Source of the DNA: an uncultured Chloroflexia bacterium
Lineage (GTDB): Bacteria; Chloroflexota; Chloroflexia; QHBQ01; JADMIH01
Direction of reading: 5' to 3'
DNA: 64,000 nt
NCBI GenBank assembly: GCA_963797095.1
Contig: CAWCNY010000003.1
Location: 224,001-288,000 of the forward strand
The notes beneath the pieces were generated by a model. It was not told the DNA's origin, did not search any database, and was given only the letters and a program-made list of their open reading frames with translations. Below are positions 26,702 through 36,825 of this stretch, piece by piece (positions within the stretch are counted from its first letter, which is position 1; the number at the start of each line of letters is the position of its first letter). Both the position numbers and the translations under genes were made by a program.

Positions 26702-27400
26702 TTGGGGAGGAACCGGCAACTGGACAAGCCCTGGGAAATAGACATCAGTATATACGACGATGAGGCTCAGTTACTGGAGGGATTGCGCCGGCGCGACCGC
26801 TTCGCCTGCACCTGCCTGCTCAAGCGCTTCATGCCGCGCCTCTACCGGCTCGCCTTGCAGGTTACCGGGAACGATGCCGACGCGCAGGACGCTTTGCAGG
26901 AGGGCTTCATCAAAGCATGTGGGCAGATGGAGAATTTCGACGGACGCAGCGAGTTAGGTACATGGCTTTACCGAATTGTGCTCAATGCCTCGCTCATGCA
27001 GCTTCGCAAGCGCAGGTCTGACGCAGTAGCCGCAGTAGCGCTGCCCGATTACGGCGATGAAGAGCAGGTCAGCCCAATTGAGCAGATCCCTGATAGTGGG
27101 CACGATCCGGGCGAACACTTGGTGGCCGGAGAACTACGAGGAAAGGTGGACCAGGCCATATTACTCCTTCCTGACACCCTGCGGGCGGCCTTCGTACTCC
27201 GTGACCTTGAAGAGCTGAGCACAAAGGAAGCCGCAGAAGCACTTGGAATTGGCGAAGCGGCGCTAAAAGTCCGACTGCATCGTGCTCGGCTCGCCCTGCG
27301 GGAAGCACTCGCACCGTACCTATCGGAACATGGCGTATCCATGGGAAGTCCTGCCCTTCGAACAGGCGGAACAGATGGAAAGCAAAGGAGTGAAAGATGA
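26702..27400 (+). CDS. ECF sigma-70 factor
   Basis: DAQDALQE, TWLYRI region 2; LSTKEAAEALG..KVRLHRAR region 4. Confidence 0.9.
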   Translation: MGRNRQLDKPWEIDISIYDDEAQLLEGLRRRDRFACTCLLKRFMPRLYRLALQVTGNDADAQDALQEGFIKACGQMENFDGRSELGTWLYRIVLNASLMQLRKRRSDAVAAVALPDYGDEEQVSPIEQIPDSGHDPGEHLVAGELRGKVDQAILLLPDTLRAAFVLRDLEELSTKEAAEALGIGEAALKVRLHRARLALREALAPYLSEHGVSMGSPALRTGGTDGKQRSER

Positions 27401-28173
27401 ATCCCCGGAACGCCGATAGTGCCGGTGCCTATGCAGCAGGAATAGGTGCGCCTTGCGAGCGGGCATACGAATTGCTCGGCAGGCTGAACAGATCAGGCGC
27501 TGATCCTGCCAATCCCGCCGATGACGACGCTGCATTGATGGAAGAGATCGCCGACCACTTCGAACGCTGCGCTCGCTGCCATAAGGACGAAGAAGCCGTG
27601 GAAGAACTGGTGGCTCTTTACAGGTCGTCCACGTCGTCGTACGGCCCTCCATTCCCTCCACTGCCCTCAAGCCTGGAGCAGCGCCTGCTTGATGCAGTAT
27701 GCGGCCAGTATGGTAATAGTATCGAAAGGGAAGGAACAAAGGATATGTCTACAGTAAGACAATTGGAAAAATCGTCAGTGTACGGCTTCGGCACGAGCCT
27801 TAAAGTGTCCATAGACGAGGCAATAGAGCGAGTTACCGCGGCACTCAAAGAGGAGGGCTTCGGGGTGCTCACTACTATCGACGTGAAGCAGACGATGAAG
27901 CAAAAGCTGGATATCGACTTCGAGCCTTACTTCATATTGGGCGCCTGCAACCCTCGCCTTGCACATCGCGCTCTCGAAGCAGTTCACGATGTCGGCTTGC
28001 TGCTGCCCTGCAACGTGATCGTGCACGCACATGGCGGCCAGACGAGAGTGGAGATCGCCGATCCCATAGCTATGCTGGGCATCGTGCAGGCAAGCGAGCT
28101 TGAGGGCATAGCACAGGAAGCGCGCTCCCGCCTGCAAAGGGTTATCCAAAGGCTGGAGGCCGCACCAGCGTAG
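27397..28173 (+). CDS. Zinc-binding anti-sigma (H-x3-C-x2-C) in frame with a DUF302 domain
   Basis: DHFERCARC; second domain GFGVLTTID..ILGACNP..LLLPCN with its own purine-rich leader and ATG at 27745. Confidence 0.8.
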   Translation: MNPRNADSAGAYAAGIGAPCERAYELLGRLNRSGADPANPADDDAALMEEIADHFERCARCHKDEEAVEELVALYRSSTSSYGPPFPPLPSSLEQRLLDAVCGQYGNSIEREGTKDMSTVRQLEKSSVYGFGTSLKVSIDEAIERVTAALKEEGFGVLTTIDVKQTMKQKLDIDFEPYFILGACNPRLAHRALEAVHDVGLLLPCNVIVHAHGGQTRVEIADPIAMLGIVQASELEGIAQEARSRLQRVIQRLEAAPA

Positions 28174-28292
28174 GGTGCAGGCTGCTGCGTCCGCTGGCGG
28201 GAAACATGCTCTGTATCATATTTACCAAAACAGAATCCGAATTAAGAGAGCAACCTAAAGAGACAACTATACAAGGAAAGGATGTACAGAAT

Positions 28293-28712
28293 ATGAACTC
28301 AACCAACACACAAGTCACAACACAAATCGCATCTGCTGCTGGAGCGAATGGCAAGATCAACGTCGTAACAGATAAGGATTTCGTTGGAGCCGTACTGGAG
28401 GCGGAAACACCCGTACTGGTGGACTTCTGGGCGCCGTGGTGCGGCCCGTGCAAGTACATGGGACCCGTGTTCGCGGAAGTAGCTCCGGAGTACGAAGGCA
28501 AAGTGAAGTTTGCCAAGCTGGACGTAGATGAGAACCCTGACGTTGCAGGCGCACTGGGGATCCAAAGCATCCCAACGCTCATGCTCATCAAGGGCAGGAC
28601 CGTATACGCCGAGCAAGCGGGGGCAATGCGCCCTAACGATCTGCGCTCTTGGATTGACCAAGGGCTGGATCATATGGCATCGGTACAGGCAAACAACGGT
28701 GACAAGGCCTAG
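28293..28712 (+). CDS. trxA: Thioredoxin
   Basis: VLVDFWAPWCGPCK, SIPTL. Confidence 0.92.
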   Translation: MNSTNTQVTTQIASAAGANGKINVVTDKDFVGAVLEAETPVLVDFWAPWCGPCKYMGPVFAEVAPEYEGKVKFAKLDVDENPDVAGALGIQSIPTLMLIKGRTVYAEQAGAMRPNDLRSWIDQGLDHMASVQANNGDKA

Positions 28713-29158
28713 GTGCGATCAGCCAACGCTTGTGATCATCTGCGGCGAGGTTACGACGTTAGATGTACCCACGTGGTCCCGCCATTGCCTCGCCACAGAT
28801 AGGCAGGCGCTTGCGGGAAAGTAGCGAAACTAGCAAAGATACAAGGGAACAGTTGGGGTCAGGATACGCAACCCTGAACCATTACAGCTTATCAGAAGAC
28901 TTCGCGCCCAACGAGACGTGCTGGGTTGGGTTGGGGACCTGCCAACCCAACCCAACCTTTGCCGATTGTTAGCCAGGATGTGGAACCTGGTGTGCAAGCT
29001 GCTGTCCGTGCTGTCTCCGTACAGCCCCATGAGCGGGAGAATGAGACGCAACTTGATGTGAATGTCCTCTGGTATTCCGGGCACGATCGAGCTATCCAGA
29101 CACCAGGGTCGGGATGGTGCCTGGTACCTTGATAAGTTAAGAGGACGAAGGGTTGGAA

Positions 29159-29608
29159 ATGGGAAAGCGGGGAGAGGGCTGGGTAATATTGCAGGCACTG
29201 CTCCTGCTCGTCATACTGTTAGTCCCAAGGATCATCAGCCTGGGATTCCCATGGTGGGTACGGGTGTTGGGTGGTGCGATGATAATCACTGCGCTGGTTA
29301 TTCTGTTAGCTGGCGCTTTGGCTCTCGGGCGAAACCTTACCCCATTCCCAAGGCCGGTCCCTGACGGACACCTTATTACGGGCGGCATCTACGGTATCGT
29401 GCGTCACCCGCTTTACGCGGCGCTGATTGTGGGCGCCATCGGCTGGGGCGTGCTAAGCGACAATCTACTTGCCATAGCCCTGGGAGCCGTCCTTTTCCTG
29501 TTTTTCGATTTGAAATCCAGGCGCGAAGAGAAGTGGCTGGCGCAGGCATACCCGGACTACGCGAGTTATCGACGTCGGGTCAAGAAACTCATACCATGGG
29601 TATACTAA
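29159..29608 (+). CDS. Isoprenylcysteine carboxylmethyltransferase/PEMT-family membrane protein
   Basis: LITGGIYGIVRHPLY, REEKWL..YPDYASY. Confidence 0.88.
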   Translation: MGKRGEGWVILQALLLLVILLVPRIISLGFPWWVRVLGGAMIITALVILLAGALALGRNLTPFPRPVPDGHLITGGIYGIVRHPLYAALIVGAIGWGVLSDNLLAIALGAVLFLFFDLKSRREEKWLAQAYPDYASYRRRVKKLIPWVY

Positions 29609-29801
29609 CAAGTAAAGATTTCCTGGTGACCAGACCTAACGCCACGCTAACAATGCTAGCAGGGATGGCAGACCAAAGGCGATACAAGGCCTGTGAGTTA
29701 TGAAGACGCGCGGTCACGTCTATCCGCGCGAAGCGGCCCATCTCTTTCAATCTATACACCAACGCCACGACCACACGGCCACGGCCATGGCAATTTTACC
29801 C

Positions 29802-31982
29802 TCAATCGCCCTCAATCGTCTCACTCATATCAAGCAGATAACGCTCAAAACGCAAGGCGTATTGGTGATGCCTTTCTGCTTCCTTCAGGTTCCCACCAGC
29901 CGCAGCTTGCTCAGCCAACAAAAGCTCCATCTTTCGCCGCTCTCGCAGCCGAGGAGCACGCTCTGGAGATGTAATGAAGCGCGAGCAATAGAGGTAAAGG
30001 TCGCACTCACACGGGCCCTCTTCCGGAAGCCGCAGGCATTCCCCCAACTCAAGCTCTGTCTTGATGAACCGAGCCTTCAACCACTCCACATCTGAAGCGG
30101 ACACTCTGGACGTACGAAGGATCTCGGCGAAAGGGCCCGCTACAGGCATACCAGGCCGCAATTCAGTGCGCAGGGCGGCGCTGTAGTCATCGAGCATATC
30201 CTGGTCGTTGATATGCAAGTAGACCATGGTGTGGTTGGCACTTTCGTGGCCGAGCACCCTCATGATCGTGTTCAGCTTGGCTCCCTTCCTCGCCAGTTGT
30301 GTAGCAACGGTATGGCGGAACCGGTGGGCTGTGACCTTGGCCTTGCCGTCTGGCGTGACGAGACCTGCTCTCTTGCAAGCCATCTTCAGTGACACTTCGA
30401 ACAAGTATGCTGACGAGTAGCGCTTGCCATGATGAGTGAACAGGTAATGTGTCTCCAGTCCCGTGTGATGATCTCTCAGCCCTCGACCTACTCTGGGTCG
30501 AATAGACAAGAGGTACCGGATTGCCTCGGCAGCTTCTTCATGCAAAGGCACCATCCGCTCCCTATTAGTCTTGCCTGGAGGGATACGAAGACGAGGAGTG
30601 CCGTCAGGGTAACTATCCAGGCAATCTACTTCAAGCCGACAGATCTCGTCCCTCCGGGCACCGCTCCATCGAGCGATGAGCAGAGCAGCGCGCTGATAGG
30701 GACATTCCATACTTCGGATAACCTGCATTAGCCGTTCAAGCTCATCGTCGGGGATGTACCTGGGCAAATACATCGCTCGTTTGGGCAGGTCTCCTCTACT
30801 CAGCAGTGGCCGGTTCGGTACATCCATCTCCCCGTTTCTACCCCTACCGCCCTCCCTCGGCTCCATCCAATTAGACCACTCAGAGATCCGCCTGAAGAAG
30901 ACGTTCAGTGCCGACAACACGCCAATCTTGGCGCTCAACGAGTAGGGTCTCTTGCTAGTCACGCCCACCATGCCGTTGAGGTACTCAGCGAACTCCAGCA
31001 GGTCTTCCCGCGTGACGCTAGCCAAACTTTCGAGCTCCGGGTGAGCACTTATCAGCCACCGGACAAAGAGGGTGAGGGCCAGTCCTATGCTCAGTATAGT
31101 TGCCGGCCGATCTACAAGCTGTCGCTCCCTTATGTACCGGTCAATCACAGCCCCGATACGGGGTGTATGCGCCCAGGCCCGCGGGGCTATGCCTTTAGGC
31201 TGGGATCTGTGTGGCTCCCGAGACACCTGGCCTCTGTGATACAGGACCACGTTCAGTACGTGAAGGCCATAGGAGTATTCCACGAGTGCTCGATGATATC
31301 GCGTTTCAGATCCGAAGTAGAGGGCAATATCTGGGCGCTCTCCCAACTTACGGGCGGCCTGCAGGTATTCGTCAAGGTGATCATCGGTGATGTCCTCAGA
31401 GCGAGTGATGCCCGTGTGCAGAAAGATGCGGCCCATGACGGAGCGAAGTTCCTGAACTGCAGCATGCCGGTTATAGCCCAACCTTACCGCCTCTTCAACC
31501 AGCGCTGGCACGCCAAGGTCTATGTCAAAGTATTCCAGTAGCTTCAATACGCGCAGCACCGGCATTGCGAGTATCCATTCCAGGTCGAAACGAGCGTAGC
31601 CACGTGTCGCCAGATACATAAGGTACGGTCGCGCCCTGAATGACACCACGTTAGTGGGTGGATTCTTGTTGCTTTCATTGCGCCCTTGGCCGTAAAGACG
31701 ACCAATTCGCTCTGGTAAGGGCGCGGCGAACCACTTATTCAGATCCGGATATTTCCAGGTGAACCGGGAATACGAGAGATGCAGCTTGTTGAAGTTAGCC
31801 TCTGTCTTCGTATATTCATGGAGGAAAGCAGAGTACTCTGCCAGACTGGCGTGCTTGTATTGGAATTGTGCTTGAGGGGGTTGAGGCTGGGACAGCGAGC
31901 GAAGTATCCCGGTTGAAGAAAGAGCGTCCACAGAGTCGCTTACAGCGGACTTGGTGGGCCTGGGCGATCTGTATGATCTCAC
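29802..31982 (-). CDS. Large tyrosine recombinase (TnpB-like)
   Basis: SGARRDE, PGKT, HRFRHT, LGH, TMVY catalytic set; C-terminal Cys cluster GECLR..GPCECD..C. Confidence 0.92.
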   Translation of the reverse strand: MRSYRSPRPTKSAVSDSVDALSSTGILRSLSQPQPPQAQFQYKHASLAEYSAFLHEYTKTEANFNKLHLSYSRFTWKYPDLNKWFAAPLPERIGRLYGQGRNESNKNPPTNVVSFRARPYLMYLATRGYARFDLEWILAMPVLRVLKLLEYFDIDLGVPALVEEAVRLGYNRHAAVQELRSVMGRIFLHTGITRSEDITDDHLDEYLQAARKLGERPDIALYFGSETRYHRALVEYSYGLHVLNVVLYHRGQVSREPHRSQPKGIAPRAWAHTPRIGAVIDRYIRERQLVDRPATILSIGLALTLFVRWLISAHPELESLASVTREDLLEFAEYLNGMVGVTSKRPYSLSAKIGVLSALNVFFRRISEWSNWMEPREGGRGRNGEMDVPNRPLLSRGDLPKRAMYLPRYIPDDELERLMQVIRSMECPYQRAALLIARWSGARRDEICRLEVDCLDSYPDGTPRLRIPPGKTNRERMVPLHEEAAEAIRYLLSIRPRVGRGLRDHHTGLETHYLFTHHGKRYSSAYLFEVSLKMACKRAGLVTPDGKAKVTAHRFRHTVATQLARKGAKLNTIMRVLGHESANHTMVYLHINDQDMLDDYSAALRTELRPGMPVAGPFAEILRTSRVSASDVEWLKARFIKTELELGECLRLPEEGPCECDLYLYCSRFITSPERAPRLRERRKMELLLAEQAAAGGNLKEAERHHQYALRFERYLLDMSETIEGD

Positions 31983-33481
31983 TGCTGGTTCCTCCTCTCT
32001 CTTCTCACCCTTCTCTCACCTACTACTTTTCCCGTCGAACTTGTTACTTCATCCCCAACCCCGCTCGTTTCCTTAATACCGTCCAATCCATGCTGGCGCT
32101 CCTGCCCCTGCTCTTGATGAATAAAGACTTGCGAGATTTCCATTAGTGGAGCCACTTCTTGAGATGGCAGGTTCCCAAGGCCGAGAGCGTGTCGATATTC
32201 GGCAACCACCGTCTTGTCGGAAACTCGGGTGTAGCGGCGGGTAGAGTCGAGAGAAGCATGTCCCAACCGCTTTTGAAGGGTAAGCTCACGCATGCCTTGC
32301 TCCCACATCTTTGTAGCGTGGGTGTGACGTAGGGCGTGCGGGGTCGTCCAGTACTCGCGTATATTCAGCCGCTCACAATGACGCTGAAACATCTTGACGA
32401 GTGCGGCATACCCAAGCGGTTCTCCTCGCCGCCTGCCTTTGCCTCCCACCAAGAACACGTATGGGCTTTGGAAATCGAGAGGCCGCTCCTGCATAACGTA
32501 AGTAGCAACAGCGTGCAGCGCTTCCGGCTCGTGCAGGTCCACCACGCGCTCACGCCGAGACTTGGTACGCACGCCCTTCGGATGGTCAGTGTGGTACCGG
32601 ACGATCACCCGACGGTGACCGTACTCTATGTCATCGAGATGGAGGCTGAGGACCTCGCCCGGGCGTAATCCCCCCTGCAACATGAGCAGCAACATTGCCT
32701 TGTCTCGCCATCGTGAGAAGGAGAGGAGGAGTTGCTCTACTTGCCCATCAGACATGGGGCGCGGCAGATATTGAGCTGTCTTGACCGTCAGAGTGCGCCT
32801 GATAGGCTTTCGCCAACCCCAGGAATCGTGACCTGCTTGGTCATGCACCCCACTCACGTCCCGCAGCTGCCATGACGATTGGCGGGCGGGTCGCGTTCCT
32901 TGGTATTGTGGGTATTGCGGATATGGTGGAGAACCGGAAATATCGTCCGCCACACGAGCGAGTGCTGGATCATACTGTTTCGCTATGGGATTCTGCCTGG
33001 TCTGTAGCCATGCTGAGACTATCAGGTAATCATAGAAGGATGAAACAGCTGCGATAGCACGATTGATCGTGGCCGGCGCTAGGCGAGTGCTCGAGCTCCG
33101 ACCACTTCCTCTAGTTGCGGCAACTCCGGCAGTTTCGGCATTTCCACCGGTACACAGCACAAGACTGTATCTGTGAGTGGATCTAGCATTGGAGACCGAG
33201 CGCAGGTACTCCAGGAACAGGATTGACTCTGCGGGACCAAAGCTTCCGAAGTCTAGACCACGCCCAACGAAGAACTGGGCGAAATGGAGCAGATCGTAAG
33301 CATAAGCAGCTAGGGTATTGGGGGAACAACCGCGAGCACTCAGAAAGTGCATAAACCAGGAAACCTCAGGTAGAGGCTGGCCACTATCATCGAGTAGCTC
33401 GAAAGACACTTGGCCTTGCCCTTGGCCTTGGCTTGGGCTCAGTACTTGGCCTTCTGAGCTTGACACACGCCGGACTTTCAT
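31979..33481 (-). CDS. Tyrosine recombinase (TnpA-like)
   Basis: SPNTLAAYAYDL, GLRPGE, HALRHT, LGHAS, TRRY. Confidence 0.92.
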   Translation of the reverse strand: MKVRRVSSSEGQVLSPSQGQGQGQVSFELLDDSGQPLPEVSWFMHFLSARGCSPNTLAAYAYDLLHFAQFFVGRGLDFGSFGPAESILFLEYLRSVSNARSTHRYSLVLCTGGNAETAGVAATRGSGRSSSTRLAPATINRAIAAVSSFYDYLIVSAWLQTRQNPIAKQYDPALARVADDISGSPPYPQYPQYQGTRPARQSSWQLRDVSGVHDQAGHDSWGWRKPIRRTLTVKTAQYLPRPMSDGQVEQLLLSFSRWRDKAMLLLMLQGGLRPGEVLSLHLDDIEYGHRRVIVRYHTDHPKGVRTKSRRERVVDLHEPEALHAVATYVMQERPLDFQSPYVFLVGGKGRRRGEPLGYAALVKMFQRHCERLNIREYWTTPHALRHTHATKMWEQGMRELTLQKRLGHASLDSTRRYTRVSDKTVVAEYRHALGLGNLPSQEVAPLMEISQVFIHQEQGQERQHGLDGIKETSGVGDEVTSSTGKVVGERRVRRERRNQQ

Positions 33482-33620
33482 AATATGACCTCCTAAGGTG
33501 TGATTTGACGCATAGTGTCAGGGGATTGACACAGCCAAAGGCGCTGTCATGATCCTGACACACGATTCGCTTCGTCACAACCGTGAGGCTATACTATTTC
33601 CGCGAAGTGTCTACATAATT

Positions 33621-33752
33621 CTCTATCTTCTCAACTTAGTGCCCGAACTGCCTGAGCCACTCACCAGTAGCCTGCCTACAATTGAGGACTTCGAGGGACT
33701 GGATGCCGAAATCGGAAACGAGGAAGAAGGTGAAGAAGAGGGCGAAGAGTAG
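33621..33752 (+). pseudogene. C-terminal remnant resembling a YhcG/DUF1016 nuclease
   Basis: YLLNLVPELPEPLTSSLPTIEDFE starts right at the element end; family assignment from recalled similarity. Confidence 0.4.
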
Positions 33753-34069
33753 TACCAAAACTCTGCGGTCAGTCGCATATTTGGCACTCTGAATCTGAAA
33801 CGGGACTTTGGGACCCATGCCAATGGGCTTCCAAGCGCCACTCGCATCCGCAGGCGAGCGGATCAGTTCGATCGTCCAAATCGGACGTCTTTGGCATCTC
33901 CAATGACTGACTGTATGTAAGCCAAAGTCTGCACGATGATTATGGCTATGGCATTTACCTTGCCCCTACCCGCTTTCGCCTGACTGCAGCCCGATTTCTC
34001 TGATTGCCTACAGGGCTGGGGCGATGCTTGAAGTTTGGGTAGGTGAATATAGAGGTATATAATCGGTCC

Positions 34070-36570
34070 ATGGTTACCCCAATCCTAGCGACCAAGCTCT
34101 ATATCCCGCCACCTCCTGCTAAGGTTGTAGTCCGTCCCCGCCTAGTCGAGAGGCTGAACGAGGAACTGCACCGCAAGCTAACCCTCATCTCTGCCCCCGC
34201 TGGCTTTGGAAAGACCACTCTGGTTAGCGAGTGGGTCGCCAGCCGCAAGCAACGCGAACCTTGGATTCGGGTAGCGTGGCTGTCATTGGACGAAGGAGAT
34301 AACGACCCAACACGCTCTTTGACTTACCTGGTCACTGCGTTACAGGGTATTGGCCCGGATAGCGACACAGGTTTGTTATCTGTGCTGCAATCTTCCAATA
34401 CCCCGCACCCGCCAACCGAAGCGGTTCTAACGACCCTGCTCAATGAAATCATCGCTATCTCAGAACATTTCGTCCTCGTCCTGGATGACTATCACTTAAC
34501 TGATGCCAAACCGATCGATGACACCCTCACCTTTTTACTCGAGCACCTTCCACCACAGATGCACCTGGTCCTCACCACCCGTGAGGACCCACAAATACCC
34601 CTGGCCCGCCTCCGCGCCCGCGGTCAATTATGCGAACTGCGCGCAAGTGACTTGCGTTTTACACCTTCTGAAGCCGCTGAATTTCTGAACCAGGTAATGA
34701 GTTTAAACCTCACGGCTGAAGATGTCGCTCTTCTGGAAACCCATACCGAAGGCTGGATTGCCGGCCTGCAACTAGCCGCCCTTTCCATGCAGGGACATGA
34801 GGATGTTACTGGATTCATCAAATCCTTCGCCGGAGACAACCGGTACATAGTGGACTATCTGGTCGAAGAAGTCCTTGAGCGCCAGCCCGAAAGTGTCCGC
34901 AGCTTCTTGCTCCAGACCTCGATTCTCGAGCAGTTGAGTGGCCCCCTAAGCGATGCTGTCACTGGGCAGCAGGAAGGCAGTGGCCAGGCGCGGTTGGAGG
35001 CCCTTGAGCGAGGCAACTTCTTTGTCGTTCCGCTGGATGACAAGCGCCAATGGTATCGCTATCACCACCTCTTTGCTGAAGTTCTCCACGCGCATTTACT
35101 GGCGGAGACCGCTGGTCAACCCGACCAGGTATCAGCTCTGCACCGGCTCGCCAGCAAGTGGTACGAGCGTAACCATTCGGCGCCCGATGCGATTCCCCAG
35201 GCGATCCGTCATGCTCTGGCTGCCCATGATTTCGAGAGAGCCGCAGACCTTGTGGAGCGGGCAGTGCCAGCAGCACGCAGGAGCAGACAGGAAGCCTTAT
35301 TGCTTGGCTGGCTCAAGGCGCTACCGGATGAAGTTGTCGATCACAGGCCCGCTCTCAGCGTCTGGTATGCGCACTTCCTATTCGCCAGTGGCGAGCTAGA
35401 GAGCGTCGAGGACCGCCTCCGGAGGGCCGAAAAGGGGATCGAGACGCTGGATAGTCTCCATACTCTGACTAGCGGGGATACGGCGAACGCCCCGGATAAC
35501 CGGGATGGTCAAGCAGCGGCGGGTGAGCAACCCGGACAAGGAGTCCTGGCTGCTCCAGCGACTGGGGATGCAGCCAGTATAATCGTAGTAGACCAGGAGG
35601 CGGCGCGCAGTCTCCCAGGTGCGATCGCCCTTGCCCGTGCTGGAATGGCTATGGCCGTGGGCGATGTGACCGGCACCGTTAACTATGCTCGGCAAGTGCT
35701 CGACCTCGCACCCGAAGACGACCATATGTCGCGTGGAGGTGCAGAGGCGTACCTGGGACTCGCATCATGGCTAAGCGGAGATCTCGAGGCAGCGTACAAC
35801 TCTTTTTCAAACGGTATGGCTCATTTGCAGTTGGCCGGATTTGTCGCCGACGCCGTCAACGGCGCGATCACACTGGCTGATATACGTGTTGCGCAAGGTC
35901 GGCTTCACGATGCAATACGTGTTTATGAGGGCGGATTGCATCTCGCCCGGGAGCGGGGAGACCCTGGAATGCGGGGAACGGCAGATATACTTGTTGGCAT
36001 GAGTGAGCTCCTTCTTGAGCGTAACGATCTGGCTGGGGCAACGCAGCACCTGCTGAAAAGCAAGGAGCAGGGCGAGCACACCGGCTTCCCGCAGAACCGG
36101 TATCGCTGGTATGTCGCAATGGCTCGAATACGGGAGGCGCATGGGGATCTGGAGGTCGCGTTAGACATGCTTGAGGAGGCGGAGCGCGTGTACATGAGCG
36201 GCCTTCTCCAAGACGTGCGACCTATGGCCGCACTGCGGGCACGCGTGTGGGTGGCACAGGGTACGCCGGAGAGGCTAGACAAAGCGCTGGCCTGGGCACA
36301 GGAGCGAGGCCTATCTGCCGAGGATAGCCTAGACAGGCTGAGCTACCTGCGTGAGTTCGAGCACATCACGCTCGCCAGAGCGCTGATGGCCAGGTATATG
36401 CGCGAGAAGCACGACGGGGCCGACCATTTGGCGAGCGGCACCATTGATGAAGCAGTGGGGTCATTAGAGCGCCTCTTGCAAGCAGCAGACGAAGGCGGCA
36501 GGACAGGCAGCGTCATCGAAATCCTGGTGCTGCTCTCCCTCGCCCATCATGCGCATGGTGACACCCCAAC
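34070..36570 (+). pseudogene. MalT/LuxR-family ATP-dependent regulator, truncated before the LuxR HTH
   Basis: LATKLYIP, APAGFGKTT, LDDYH, TEGW, YRYHHLF; after AHGDTP the frame runs into A/C-rich non-coding-like DNA to a stop at 36793 and no HTH is present. Confidence 0.85.
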
Positions 36571-36825
36571 GCAACAAACCCAACGTTTTCCACAACCAAC
36601 CATCCTGCTAAATCAAGCGCGCAAACAATCCACAAACGCAGGCATCACACACACGAACGAAATCCAACCCCAAAAACCATCTCCGTCCTCTGCGCCTCTG
36701 CGGTGCAACAATCCACTCCGCACAAAAATTCACCCAAATGGCTACTTGCATAAGCAGAACACCTGTGCTAAGATCAGATCAAACAACACCTAGCCACCAA
36801 CCACAGCCCGAAGGATCAACCTACA

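Larger units (their letters stand above)
29698..33618 (-). mobile_element. Two-tyrosine-recombinase element (Tn554 TnpA/TnpB-like) with imperfect terminal IRs
   Basis: Left TTATGAAGACGC (29698-29709) versus right GTGTCTACATAA (33607-33618; rc TTATGTAGACAC) bracket two coupled integrase genes. Confidence 0.65.

Noticed and set aside
28920-28960. GGTTG/CAACC pentamer hairpin and nearby small ORFs
   Set aside because: Single occurrence and no recognisable product
19850-36570. CCCAAC at both edges of the accessory block as an att repeat
   Set aside because: Only 6 bp in C/A-rich DNA, and the left edge is better explained by the Tn3-type IR
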